NCBI GenBank assembly: GCA_039545335.1
Contig: BCIN01000001.1
Location: 3,475,136-3,539,135, forward strand
Origin: Kondoa subrosea
Lineage: Eukaryota
Reading direction: 5' to 3'
Length of the DNA: 64,000 nt
The notes beneath the pieces are model-generated. The model had not been told where the DNA came from, did no database searches, and saw nothing but the letters and a program-made list of their open reading frames with translations. Below are positions 11,937 to 24,303 of the stretch, one piece after another (the first letter of the stretch is position 1; each line of letters starts with the position of its first letter). Position numbers and translations under genes: made by a program.

Positions 11937-13807
11937 CTACTCTTCATCTACCCTTTTATCATCCTTGAGCTCCATAAACACATCTGCACTCTCGTTCAGA
12001 TTCACACTTCTCACTAACCCACCTCCTTTTCTCACAGTCTCCCATTCCATTCTCACATAAACCCACATCCATCTCCTTATCACTTCCAGCGCTTCTAAAA
12101 GGAAAACACCTTGTTCGATTTCATGTATCGAATGTAAATGTGAAGATAGTTTCAGGGACCAAGTAAACCGCAAGAGCAGATCGAAGAAGATGGCTATATA
12201 GTAGATGAAAGGATCGGCCAACAATAAAGGTTGTCTTAATAGATTGGCATGATGAATTGGTTTGTTGAAAGAAGCGGAAGAAGATCTTGATCTGGGTGAA
12301 GGTGGATGAGGAGGAGGGAAATCTAAATCTTCACTCAAAAGTGGTTGACGTGAAGGATTACTTGTTAAAGGTGGTCTTGAGACGGAATTTGATTTGACTC
12401 GAGAATGTAATCGAGCATCTCGAGTTCTCAAGGGCGAGTCTTCGTTGTACTCGTCGTCGAGAAAAGGCGTGGGCGCAGGAGATTGAATAGAAAGAAGGTC
12501 AGAGGAGGAAGGTATCGACCAGCTTGCTGGAAGTAGGAGACATAAGCCCCAATCATTCGTTACATCCCACCAGAAGGAGTATAGGGTATTGACTAGCACA
12601 GCAGCGACCCTGATAGAGATACATAAACAGATATACACACTTGAAGGCATGTGACTGACCATAATCGGGCTACACTCTTTGGGCCAAGCCACACTCCAGC
12701 TTCGGCCAGCTCTTCTGGCGAACTGAAATAATCAAAGTGAGGGCCCTGCGCAAGCCTTGAGAGCTGAAACAGAATCTACTAGATGCGTAGACTCACCTGC
12801 AAAGCAGAAAAGATGATGACAGGAAAGGCTGTTGCATATTTGAGCGCGTTGCAAAGACTGCGCGTTCTTGGATTGCTAGGAGTAACAGAAGAGTATGTTT
12901 GCGATATAGTTGAAGGTTGAGTTGAAGGTGTAGCAGTCATATATTCAGCTATGCATTGTCGGAATCGCAAAAGGTAAGGAAGACTTATTTGAGTATTAGC
13001 TACGCTCTGAAAGCAGACTGGGTTCAAACAAGATTACCTGTTCAAAAGCGGTACACCCCAATAACCTCCCCAATGCTTTTGCGTATCTGCACCGATCAAA
13101 AGACCGGTTGAAATCCATACATCTCCCAGAACTTTGGCAAACGAAGTCAAGATATCTGCTAAGATCACATCGCAAAAGGGCACTGTCGACCAAAGACCGC
13201 CAAAAACAATTCTTCGCAGTGAGCTGTTGAATACGTCAACCATTAAGCTCACATAGCAAGCAACAAGATTGAAACCGCCAAACCTGAGAAACATGAACCT
13301 TTCCCTCTTCTTCATCTTATCCCAAGGTAAAAAGACGACCAAGACAGCCGTGATAGTGAAAACAGCAGGTACAAATTTCGCAAAGTCTTCATTCACATCG
13401 AATGAGTTGACTAAGGTGTTGACTAGCCAACCGAGAAGCGTCCAAAGTGCATAACAAGCTGCTATTTGATAAATTGGTATATGAAGTCTTGATGGATGTG
13501 CGAAGGTTGCTTCGGAGCCGGAGGAGTGAAGGAGGTGCGTGTTGGATGGCGAAGTTCGACTTGACGAACTTGCACTTGTGGAAATTGTCGAAGGGTCATG
13601 AGTTGGAAGCGGTAAGTGATGATGGTGGTGGTGATCTGAATGAGATCGAATATCGAGCACGGGGGCAATGTCTATGCCAATGGCTGTCAAGAAGTGTAGA
13701 TTGCTCGCCCAAGCGAATATGCCCAAAGTGATTAAGCAGAGAATCCGCAAAGGTAAAGGGAAGAGCTCTCCAAAGGAACCCGAGTCGTGGGTATGCTCAT
13801 GCTCCAT
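11937..13807 (-). CDS. ERD1: EXS-family protein (Erd1)
   Basis: FPLPLRILCL, VPFCDVILADILTSFAKVLGD, LPYLLRFRQCI, NALKYATAFP, YSFWWDVTNDWGL, DLLLRFTWSLKLSSHL, LEVIRRWMWVYVRMEWE. Confidence 0.9.
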
Positions 13808-14030
13808 CGCAAGATCATAAGTTTCGCCAGCAAATTTGGTTCGAGGTCAAGGACGCGACAAATATACAGATGCGAAAGTTGAGCGGAAGTCGCACAATAC
13901 AAGCAACACGAGCAATACAAAGGAGCCCTCTGCAAAGCGCAAGTAATACAAATCTCCATTAAGCGGTACATCCTAGTACGAAACACGAACAATACAAGCG
14001 GTGTTGGCTTGGCAATGCAAACGAAACAGT

Positions 14031-15452
14031 TCAGCAACCTCCAGTCCTATTGAGGCAGCAGGTCAGAAAGATAGTCACTCACACGATAGAATTAGCTTAC
14101 TGTTCAGTCATGAAATCGACAAGCTGTTAAGATAATATCAGCTTCAGCAATAGGCGTTGTCACAGACTGCTCACTTCTCCTTCTTCTCCTTCCGCTATTG
14201 AGTATAAGTCAGTTGGACACCTTGCGAGGCAAGTAGCAAACGCACGAGTCGGTTCCATTTCCACCATTTTAGGGTTTTCAGTTTTCGAAAGCACTTTCTC
14301 GTCCCATAGCAGCCGGAAGGAGTTTGCGTTCACTCCTGGTATCTGATATGAGCGCTGGCTACCTGCGAACGAATTAGAATTCTTACCTATCTGAGTCGCG
14401 ATAGCTGGAGATGTGAAGATACAGACCATCAGCGATGTCGAGATATAAAGGGGAAGGAGTCAGACCATCGTACAATTTCGAGAAGCTGGTGGTCGCCTTG
14501 AGTTGCACTAATATAGGTTCGCGAGAATCTGCAAAACGCACCTGATGTGCGGTTATAGCTTATCAAGCATTGAGTTGAAGAAGGAAGGGAAAGCTCACTG
14601 TAATTGATACTTTGAGCTTAGGCTTCTCTTCTGTTCCTCCGCCGATTCTGTGAGAACATGCCGATTAGTATTGGAAATTGTGCCATTTTGAACCTATATG
14701 ACATACTGAGTTAGAACACAGTCAATCATCTTCGAAGATAACGTGTTCAGTGAATGAAATCATCTATTGGAAAGAGACTAACCTCGCCGTCTTCCATTTC
14801 GTGCATTTTGGGTGTCTCATCTGCATTGAGTCGCTTCCCATCGTAGAGCAGTTTAAATGAGTCTGGTGCTATTCCTCTTGCGTCCGCTACCGCTGTGATA
14901 CAACGGTGAAGAGTCAACATGGTCGCATAAGTAGGGAATGAAGTAAACGCTCACCCTTCATTATTTTACTGAAGGGTGTTGTCATTTTAAGCTTGAGAGA
15001 TAGAGGAGTTTCATCATTAGGGAACTTGACCTGTACAGAATCCGCAAGTTACCTCAATACTGACAGACTTACATAGTAGACATACGTTTATTGTTATCCT
15101 GCCTGGTTTCTGCTCCGGTTCTTCTTCCTCTTCTTCAGCTACACCTCCTCTTTGCTCCCACATGATGTCAAGGACCGCGTGAGGATCTTCCGTCAGCTTT
15201 TGTAAATCACACTCTTCAAGTTCTATTCGCTGTCCGTCCAGCAAGAGACGCATCTGATCAGGTCTTCTACCATATTGCGCAGCCAAAGTGGACCTCAGAT
15301 CTCCAAATTTGCTCGAATCCGATCTATACAGCAAGAATAGGGCAATCTAAGTCGAAATAACAACAAAAGAGTTGAGGGAGGGGAAAGCACGTTGAAGAGC
15401 ACATGCATTGACCAGGAAGCGTATGCAACGCGGAAGAGTATCTGTTGGCCAT
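14031..15452 (-). CDS. Tandem tri-SUMO-like polyprotein with a diglycine closing each unit; about 12 exons; 5' end uncertain
   Basis: In-frame GT-AG exons ..15086, 15030-14955, 14892-14783, 14729-14707, 14647-14599, 14541-14466, 14404-14387, 14335-14246, 14194-14175, 14123-14101, 14046-14031. Unit 1: ..SKFGDLRSTLAAQYGRRPDQMRLLLDGQRI..LDIMWEQRGG. Unit 2: ITINVKFPNDETPLSLKLKMTTPFSKIMKAVADARGIAPDSFKLLYDGKRLNADETPKMHEMEDGEMIDCVLTQIGG. Unit 3: VSITVRFADSREPILVQLKATTSFSKLYDAIATQIGVNANSFRLLWDEKVLSKTENPKMVEMEPTPEGEEGELVDFMTEQTGGC*. Confidence 0.85.
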
Positions 15453-15577
15453 TGAGGAATCCAAGCTAGGAGGTAATCGCTGTTGCAGGTCGAAACAGTA
15501 TTACATGAGAAGACGCAAAAGGAGGGAATCGTGTTATATTCATTTCAGTATCCTATACGTATGCACATTTTCCTCTC

Positions 15578-18131
15578 TTATATCTGTCCCAAGCCAAGTT
15601 CCCTCTGTAAGTCCGCTGCAGTGTCAAATCAAGACATGATTCAACTCAATCAAGACTTACCGCTTTCTGAGGATGAGCTTCCACGAAAGCAATTTGCGCC
15701 TTTGTAGCCTATGTTCACAGACAAATTAATAAGCTGAAGCCAGCATAAACATGCCTGATGACGCACCAAAGCATAAGTCAAATGGTTCTCTAGTTCAGGT
15801 TCGGTCCTAGCCATCTCCGCTCCCTTCTCAAACATAGTCAAAGCTTCCCTGATTTTGTTTTGCTGCAATAACAACTGAGCAAGAGTAGCTACTGCTATAT
15901 CGCATTGCGGATCTTTCTGCAAAGCTTCTTTACAGAGTTCTTCGGCTGCTTCGAAATTCTTGGTCGATTGGAATACTACTAGAGATTTGTTCACCATTGG
16001 TACGACGTTCATTGGAGGTGGTCTGTCAGCAGAATCACAAAACGTAAGTTGTTAAAACAACCAATTGAGTTTAGTACTGACTGTTGCTGTTCTAGCTCAA
16101 TAGCTCTAGTGAAGCATTCTTCAGCTTCGCTGAATTTCTGTTGATCTAATTGAAGTTCGCCATAATAATTATGGACCTGTACGATATCTTCTTTCGAACA
16201 TGCCCCAAACATGATTTCAAGAAAGACAAGCGCACCTCAGGTGAAGAATCGCCAAACTTATCCATGATCCTCTTGAACCTGACTTCAGCTTTCGCCTTTT
16301 GCTCGTCCTTGTACAGAGCGACTGCATGTTGGATTTGAGAGAAAATGAATGTAGGATCTAATTCAGTCGATTTCCTGTATTGCTCAATAGCGGTCTTGAA
16401 GTCGCCCATGATGAAGTGAACTTGGCCGCGATGGTAGTAGCTGTCAAGAAAGATAAAGTAGCATAAGCGCAAGCTTATGATACCTGTTATCTTACTGACA
16501 TATCTGGATCTTGGGAATCGATCTTTGAAGCTACATCAAAGTCATTGAAAGCAGCTTGAGGTTGACCTGTTCGAAAAATACAATTAGCTTAGCTGATATT
16601 CAGCAAACCCAAACATTCCACGAACCTAATTCCATATGCACGCTAGCTTTCTTTACCCAAGACTGAACGTAATTTTGATCCAGATCAGTACTCTTGTCCA
16701 AATCTTCCAAAGCGCCCTGAGCATTTCCAATGATGAACCTGTTATGATCGGATCAAACCACGATCTTCTTTCGCAGACAGCAATTTATACTTACTTGAAA
16801 GTACCTCTCAAATTCATCGCTTGAGCTTCAAGCTTAGGTTGACTGATTCCTTGATCGATAGCTTCGTTGATCAAAGTGAAAGCGTGAACGTAATCCCGAG
16901 CTTCTACGGCACCGAAGGCCATTTTAAGAGTTTGGTCGCCTGGAGGTGCATTTTCAGGGATGTCGGTAATCAAGTCTGAGGATTCTGTAAACCGACGCCA
17001 GCATCAAATCAAAGAGTATTCTGAGAAGCAATGACGACCGCTCACTCCTCCTGAATGCTTCCATATAGGCCTTGATGAAAGTGACTGAAGGTAATCTTGG
17101 TTCCCGCTCCTGTCGATTTGGAACCTGTCAGCACACCAAGGGTGCAGACTGAAACTGAACCGACCTTGAATTCCAGAGCCGCTTTCTCATGCGCCAAAAC
17201 TTTCATAACCCTATCAACGCTTTTCGTAGTCGCATCCGTTTTGAATCCATCAAGAATAGCAGCCGCAGTATAATCACAAAGCGCATCGAACAAGTTATCG
17301 ACACCTTTCAATTGTTCCCTCGCCGCAGCTCTTCTGTTCAAAGCTTTCACATATTCTGGATCTTGTTCTAAAGCAGCTGTGCAATCCGCAATAACCAATT
17401 GTGGTTTATCTAAATTCGTATAGCAAGCAGCTCGGTTTGAGTAAAAGACAGCTTGAGGTTCACATTCGATCGCTTTCGAGTATAAAGTGATAGCTTCGCT
17501 GTATCGTTTAGCTGAATAAGCTTTGTTGCCTCGAGTTTTCAGATCATTAGCTAGTGCATGTCGTTTCTGTTCGTAATACGTAAGGCTTTGACAAAGCCTA
17601 ACAAGGATAGCGGTACGAACATCTTCATCGAAACCTTCGATATCAGATAAAGCCAGATGCAACGGATCTGTCAATGGGGTTGGTCGTGCATGAGATATAC
17701 TCTCAAGCATGCAATCCCGTGTACTGACCATCAGATTCGACTTTGGCCGACCCAGCTTTCGCTATTTCACTAGCTTTCTCCTCTTCCTGTTTCTGCTCCT
17801 GCGGTACTATCTGACCTTTCTCAGCCGTACTAGGTGAAGTACTCCTTCCAGTAGAGGTTTTAGATTTTTTGGTCTTCTTTGTACGTTTCTTGAGTGAGTC
17901 TTCAGATTTCTTGCTGCCATCCTCGTTTATTGTTGTAGTATGGGTAGAAGTAGGTAAACGAGAAGAAGTGTAATAGTAGTAACCTGCTCCAGAAGCTACT
18001 GCAACACCTGCTGCTAAAGCTAAGGTTTTTCGATTGTTGGAAACGAAAGTGGTGACCCTTTCTGTGATAGTTGGCGAGACTAAAGAGGTCGCTGCTCGCT
18101 CAACGTAGGCGTCATGAGCTGGATTGTCCAT
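15578..18131 (-). CDS. TOM70: Mitochondrial import receptor Tom70
   Basis: N-terminal anchor ([18 protein letters not shown]), TPR clamp [73 protein letters not shown]. Confidence 0.95.
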
Positions 18132-18351
18132 TCTTCAATGGTCGTCAAGAGGTAATCAATTCATGCACTGAGCGTCACTGAGATTACAGAAGGGGGCCGT
18201 GGCGATTGAGATAAGGGCATGAAAGTACAAGATGGTTCAATGCAAATGTCTACTACCAAAGAGCTATTTTGCATTACAACCCGAGCCGAAGAGAAAGAAA
18301 GGGGAAACATTACAGACTTTTGCATTGTCGAGGTAGATAGTGAGAAAAGGC

Positions 18352-18886
18352 TCATGATCGTCCTCCGACCTGTCGACAGCATCAGCTGGTTTACTCGAAA
18401 TTCGAGAATCAGCCGATGGAACTGACCTGTTCTATGTGAACTTCAATTGTATCGTTATCCTCTAATTCCAACTTTGCAGGAGTATCGTCCTTCTCAATAC
18501 GTGTACCATCGTAAGTGAATCGTACTGTTGAAGCGTCCTTGCCTGTCAACACCCACAAGGCGCTCAGCATTCAGGATGCATGAAGCCTATGAATGAAGTC
18601 GAACCCGTTCTTTCAGCATACGCGCCCATCAATTTCCCTAGCTTGGTAGACATTTTAATCTTGAAGAAAGTTTCTCCTCCTTCGCTGTCTTGTACTTTGA
18701 TCTGTCGATACGGAAGATGAGAGTCAGACAAATGCACGAGGTCCAAAATGCGATATATAGCAAACATTGATGTGCTCAGATTCAGCCTTTGGCTCTTTGC
18801 TGTGCGAATTCACAGACCATCTTAGCTTAGAAAAAGCTGAAGCTATTCTGCTGTGCGCACGGAGTGTTGTCTTCTTGATCAGACAT
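18352..18886 (-). CDS. SMT3: SUMO (Smt3) precursor, 5 exons
   Basis: Exons 18886-18861, 18799-18766, 18701-18605, 18542-18427, 18369-18352 give MSDQEDNTPKEPKAESEHINIKVQDSEGGETFFKIKMSTKLGKLMGAYAERTGKDASTVRFTYDGTRIEKDDTPAKLELEDNDTIEVHIEQVGGRS*. Confidence 0.93.
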
Positions 18887-19189
18887 CGTAAATCAGAAAA
18901 TCCAAGTTTGTACGAGAGCGGAACGAGGGGGAAAGTGAGGCTAATAAGAGAGTCAGGATGGTGCTGAAGTGAATGTAGACGCTTTCTGACCTTCAGAAGC
19001 GCGTAAAAGGACAGAAAGTGGCTCTTGCAGGACAAACCATTCCAAATTGCACGAAGCAGGGTTGTAGTGACTCGGCGACTCTCTTCTGCTTCTTCCTCTC
19101 TGACTGCCTCTCGTCTCGCTTCTGATAACTCTCGTTACTTGCATCTTGTGTCTGCTTTCCCTCTTCTCTGATTTGCTGTTTGTGCCGAG

Positions 19190-21040
19190 ATGTCCTTCTC
19201 GCTCGCTTCCTGTGCGCTCCTTATCTCAACGTCTCAGTCTTATGATCTCATTCTTCTCTCATCCTAGTGAAGAGCAAAGCAGAAGATGCTCGCAAGCTTT
19301 CCGAAAACAAGCTCTCTTCCTTGAAAGCCCAGTACAATAAAGAACCGACCGCAGCACCAAATTCTCGTCCTCCTGCACCCGTTCGAACAGGTTCATCATC
19401 CTCCGTTAATCCTCCTCCGAAACCGCCAGCTCGATCTGCAGCACCTCCCTCGTATTCTCAAAACGCTCCACCTAAACCACCAGCTCGAACACCCTCTTCA
19501 TCTGGCAATGGTACTGCTCCTAGTTTACCTGGCCGATCTGCACCTTCCTTACCAGGTAGAAACACACCTACATCTGCGCCAATTCTACCGAGCAGATCCG
19601 ACCAAGACGGGAAGAAAATCGATTGGACTGCGGTGAAAGGATCAGAGAAACAAGCTTTGTTTAGTTTGTTAGATGAGGTGAATGACTTCTTCTCTCTATT
19701 ACCTATCGTATGTCGATAGAAGCGTCTATATCACAGTTCTTCCAATCACGCAAGCCTTCAGCTTCGACTTCGCACATCTCAGCTGGCCCTGTATGTTCCC
19801 TTTCACTTGTACTATGATGAATCGGACTGAATCAACGTAGTAGCCTGCAACGAACCTTAATGCTCGGCCCTCCTCTTCTATCTCTCCAGGTCCTTCCATC
19901 TCCCATAACGATTCTCTAACTTCTTACCCACCTCCAACTACCTCTTCTTCTTCAGCAGAAGATTTCGTAGCTGATTTCCTTCTTCCAAACACATGGTCTA
20001 CTTCATGGTATACTATTCCGAACGCTTTACCACCTCTGTTAAAGAATCGGAAAGATATAGAATGGACAAGCTCAACTTCTACTTTAGGACCAATGAAAAC
20101 TATGATTGGTGCTATTCGATTCAGTGATTTGTCATTTGGGTATTATAAGATCATCACCGACGGAAATGGAGGAGAACCGAAAAGAGAAGCTAAATTTGTT
20201 GGAAGACCTAAAGCTTTAGGAAGGAAAGAATTGGTTCAAGCGTGGACGGATTATAGTGAAATTATTGCTTTATTTGCTGAAGAGGCGGAAAGGTCTGGTC
20301 AACCTGTAGGAAGAGGAGAGTAAGTCGTTCATGTTGAATTCTTTTGATGAAGAATGCTAATTCTCGGGCCAATTTAGATGCTGGGATATGGCTAATGAAG
20401 CTCTGCTAGCTTGCTCGCAGTATGATGTACCTTCACCATCGAAAAGTATCAACCGAACACATGGTCATCTGATCTATGAGGCAAAAGCATGGGGTAAACG
20501 ACCAGAAGAACAAATTGGGAGATGGAGAGGCGGTGATGACTGTATCCGTCGTGGAGATATTGTCGAGTGGAATACTGTGGTATGCTTTTCAGTTCTCGCT
20601 TTTGATGGACAATAACTTCTAACACTCTGTAACAGACAATTCGTGAAGTTGGAGCACCCAGAGGTAGTTGGTCTACTTTAGGCGATCCCGAGCGTGAGTT
20701 CAACAGGGACTTCGTCAGTCTGGCAGGCTGATAAGATCTTCTGAAAACTCAAAGATACTGCTGTGATTGTTTCCGAGGCAATACCGAATAGTAATGTCTC
20801 GGACGGTCAATCTATCGCTCCTGCTACCTTTGGTAGTTTGACTGTGATCGAACAATCGCAAGGCAAAGCTCCTTCGAGATCGAGCTATCTTCTTTCTTCT
20901 TTCGAGAAGGGAGAGGTGAGTGTGCATTGACTGCAGAAATTACTGGTCGTGCTCATGCGTAAATTGTGCGATAGATGTGGGTATATCGACCAATCTCTGA
21001 GATGGTCTATCTGGGAAGAACGCTCAAAGCCGAGTATTGA
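19190..21040 (+). CDS. Pro-rich protein with a C-terminal Bbc1/Aim3-type cysteine-proteinase-fold (CHAP-like) domain
   Basis: N-terminal PPPKPPAR repeats, EKQALFSLLDE, VGRGE|CWDMANEAL, HGHLIY, IRRGDIVEW, GDPE|HTAVIVS, TVIEQS, WVYRP. Confidence 0.75.
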
Positions 21041-21352
21041 AGCGACTTTCATTAAAATGGACAATTGCTCTGTAATCTTGATCATCGGGTATTTGTAGAA
21101 AGCAGCTTTCTCTTGCTCTGCCAATGGCTTCAAAAGCTAAACGACCTGACATTCGCTGGTGACAATGACTTTGCTGACATAATATTCGCAACGCTTTTTA
21201 TGCTGTACCATCATACCCTTCTTACACAGAACGCATAGTACACCGCCATTCTGCGTCCACTAGGCATCCGTTCTTGGTTTAATACCTGCCGTTCATCTCC
21301 TCGCACTGTCGGCGCTCGACTGCAATTTTGCCCATTCTTTCCCCTCCGCACC

Positions 21353-22345
21353 ATGTCTTTGAAATACTTGAACGCGCAAGAAGCTCAACAGATTGATGAG
21401 ATCTTAATGGACCCGGAAAAGGGCGCATTCACATTGAATCAAGTCTGCTTTACTTCCTCGCTGAACTCTGCACATCTCATGTCATCTCGGTAGCTTATGG
21501 TTTGTCGACCTCATCTCTCTTCTATCTCCTTCCTTCATGCATATCCTAGGAGCTGGCTGGTTTGGCTGTAGCTCAGGCTGTCTACGAGACCTATCCTAAA
21601 GCAACGAATGTACTTGTATGTTGCGGGCCAGGCAATCAAGGAGGAGACGGTCTGGTTGCGGCTAGGCATCTATGTATGCTGTTTTGCTATACCCCATTCT
21701 CTTGATTTACGCTCACTCAAAGGGCAATTCGGCTACAAGGTATCATTATTCTATCCCAAAGAAGGCAAGAACGAGTTCTATCAAGTATGCTGCAAACCCT
21801 TGATTTAATTCCTCACTGATGTCCCTGAAGCAATTGAAAAAGCAAGCGCTCAATTGTGATATCGCTCAAGGCGAGCTTTTGTCGATAATGACTTCTACTT
21901 TCTGATGATCAAGTACAGTTGACGAATCTGACTTTGGCGCCGCACTCAAGATTACGAACCTCGTTGTCGATTCTATCTTTGGTTTCAGCTTCAAAGGCGA
22001 CGTGCGCGATCCATTTAAGACCGTCATTTCCGCTTTGAAAGAAGTACAAGGCAAGATACCTATTCTTTCTGTCGATATACCTTCAGCTTGGGACATCTCT
22101 GAAGGAGTAAGTGAGTAACTAAACCCATATCTCACAAGCTGACTTCTTGACAGAACATCGACAATAAGAGTTTCACGCCAGACGTTTTACTTAGCCTTAC
22201 AGCACCCAAGCTTGGGGCCAAGAAGTTCCCAAACAGGCATCTGCTTGGAGGTCGCTTCGTTCCGCCTTCCGTAGCTAAACAGTTTGAGCTTGATCTGCCG
22301 GATTATCCTGGAAGTGCTCAAATCGTGGATATCTCGAATTTATGA
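21353..22345 (+). CDS. NNR1: NAD(P)H-hydrate epimerase (YjeF N-terminal)
   Basis: [76 protein letters not shown]. Confidence 0.93.
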
Positions 22346-22565
22346 AATGTATGTTGTATAATAGGCTCTATCTACATTCCGTTACCGATACGAATCCTTC
22401 CGCTTGTCCGCTCTCAGCTTGACTTCAAAATCCAATAAGGTCTTTAGTGTGAAAATTTTCTGCTGTCAAAGATTAGAAGAGTATATCACCTGTTTTCCAA
22501 GCGTGGACCAGAAGTAGCGGGGCACTCTTGTCCAGATACGATTCACAGTAGAGCCCTAGTACAAA

Positions 22566-23951
22566 ATGCCTCATGCAAAACCAATTGTCTTCGCTGGTGA
22601 GCAGAATCGGAGAAGAAAGAAATTATACACATTGATAAGGCAAAAATAGAACGCAGAGAATTGCTTCTCGAGCCTGAGAAAGCTGAGCTGGAGAGAGTAT
22701 GACGTACAGCTCCATGGTTTGATGTTGCTAAACAATTGAAACAGCGCGAAAGACATCGCCTTGAAGTGGAGAAGACGCGACAAATGCTCGAGAGGATGAA
22801 CGTGCAATCTTTGCGGCAGAAAAGAGCACAGGCAGCGGCAGCACAAGCACGCAGAAACGAAGAACTGGCTTTGATGCAAGCTGGACAAGAAGCAATCATG
22901 GAAAGACGGAGGGCAGCGTCATTCGCACAGGCCGATGCGAGCGACAGAGCAAGAGCTATGGAGCTGGTCGGATCAGAACAGCTTGCTTTAAGAGAAGCTG
23001 AAGCGATTGTGAGGTCGAATCGCTGAAGCTGCATCGAGTGAAACTAATGATTTCTGGTAGAGAGCCGAACGAGAAGCGATTGAATTGCGACAGCGTGTGA
23101 GGTCTGCACAAGGGGTAACTTTCAATTCTGTGTCCTTCTTGCGCTGCTGACCAAAGGCTAGTCGCCTCTTCTGGACCTTCGAACTTCGCCCTCGATGAGC
23201 ACGCTTCCTTCTGCAAGCTTGTCTCCCAGCATGTCCATGCGAGGATCTCCAAGTCACATGCGAAACAACTCAAATCCGAACGCAATGTATTCACCTGGAT
23301 CTAGTTTCGGTGATTCTGCAGGTTTTCTGGCTGTCGGTCCTCCTCTCGGCTACAGTCATACTCGACACCGTTCCTCTCCAAACGCCATGTCTATCTACGA
23401 AACCAGATCAGCTCCCAGTTCACCGCATCGCTCACCTTCCATCACACCTCAGAAATCGCCAAAAACCTTCGCCATTCCCGACTTCTCTCCAGCTCGTTCG
23501 CCAGCCCGTTCTCCAGCTCGATCCCCTGGTCGCTCGCCTAGAACTTCGACTTATGGCCCAGGTCAACCACTCTTTGGTCGAGATGATTTCGACAGCGATC
23601 ATGCTGCATTGCTAGCAGACGCGCTGATGGCCGCACAACAAGGAGGAGCAGGCAGAAGACGAACAGCGTAAGTTCTCTGTTATGCCAGTACTCATGATCT
23701 TTGTTGAGGGGAGTACGTTGTTTGCGTATAGATCTTTGAGTTCCAATCGTCCAGAATTACGACATTCTCCCTTACAGCAGCAGCAAGCTGGTTACCAGCA
23801 ATTCGACCGTCGTTCACCTCTCCAGCAGCAGCAGTCATACAATTCAGACCGACAATCTTTTGACCAAGATCCACGAAATCGATATGCACATTCAGCTTCG
23901 ACTTCACCATTCCAGGCCGAAAGGGCGCAACAAAGCAACAGACTCTTCTAG
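22566..23951 (+). CDS. Hypothetical protein with a coiled coil and an S/P-rich low-complexity region; 3' end uncertain
   Basis: Spliced ORFs 22736-23026, 23195-23671 and 23682-23951 are joined by GT-AG introns. SPAR repeats. No domain recognised. Confidence 0.5.
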
Positions 23952-24303
23952 GCCTATGATAGCAGAAATTCGGTCGGATGGTGTTCAACCTCGTTCTCCT
24001 ATTCGTGTTTAAATCCGCAAGGCGTTTCAATGTGTTATGCTGCATGGTGCCAGGACTCGTACATCAGGCTTTGCGCGGGGAATGGCGTGAAGGAACCGCC
24101 GTTCCGCTCAATTCATTTAGATCCATTGTTATGATGATGCCGCATTTGGTAATTCCTTTGGTCTCGTCAGGTCTCGTCCTTTTTCGTTCTTAATTTCGTT
24201 CGATGTATATCGGTGAGATAGCCATGTTCTCTTCTTGTCCGCTCGAACATCAAATCCCACACGTGCCCTGCGACATCCTTCGCAATACCCTCATTTGTCG
24301 AAC

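Noticed and set aside
14031..15452. Calling the tri-SUMO gene Rad60/Esc2
   Set aside because: That family has a long disordered N-terminus, two SUMO-like domains and no terminal diglycine. This gene has three GG-terminated units.
19810..19830. atgatga...ctga box C/D-like pair in an intron
   Set aside because: Far too short for a snoRNA; ctga is probably part of the branch point
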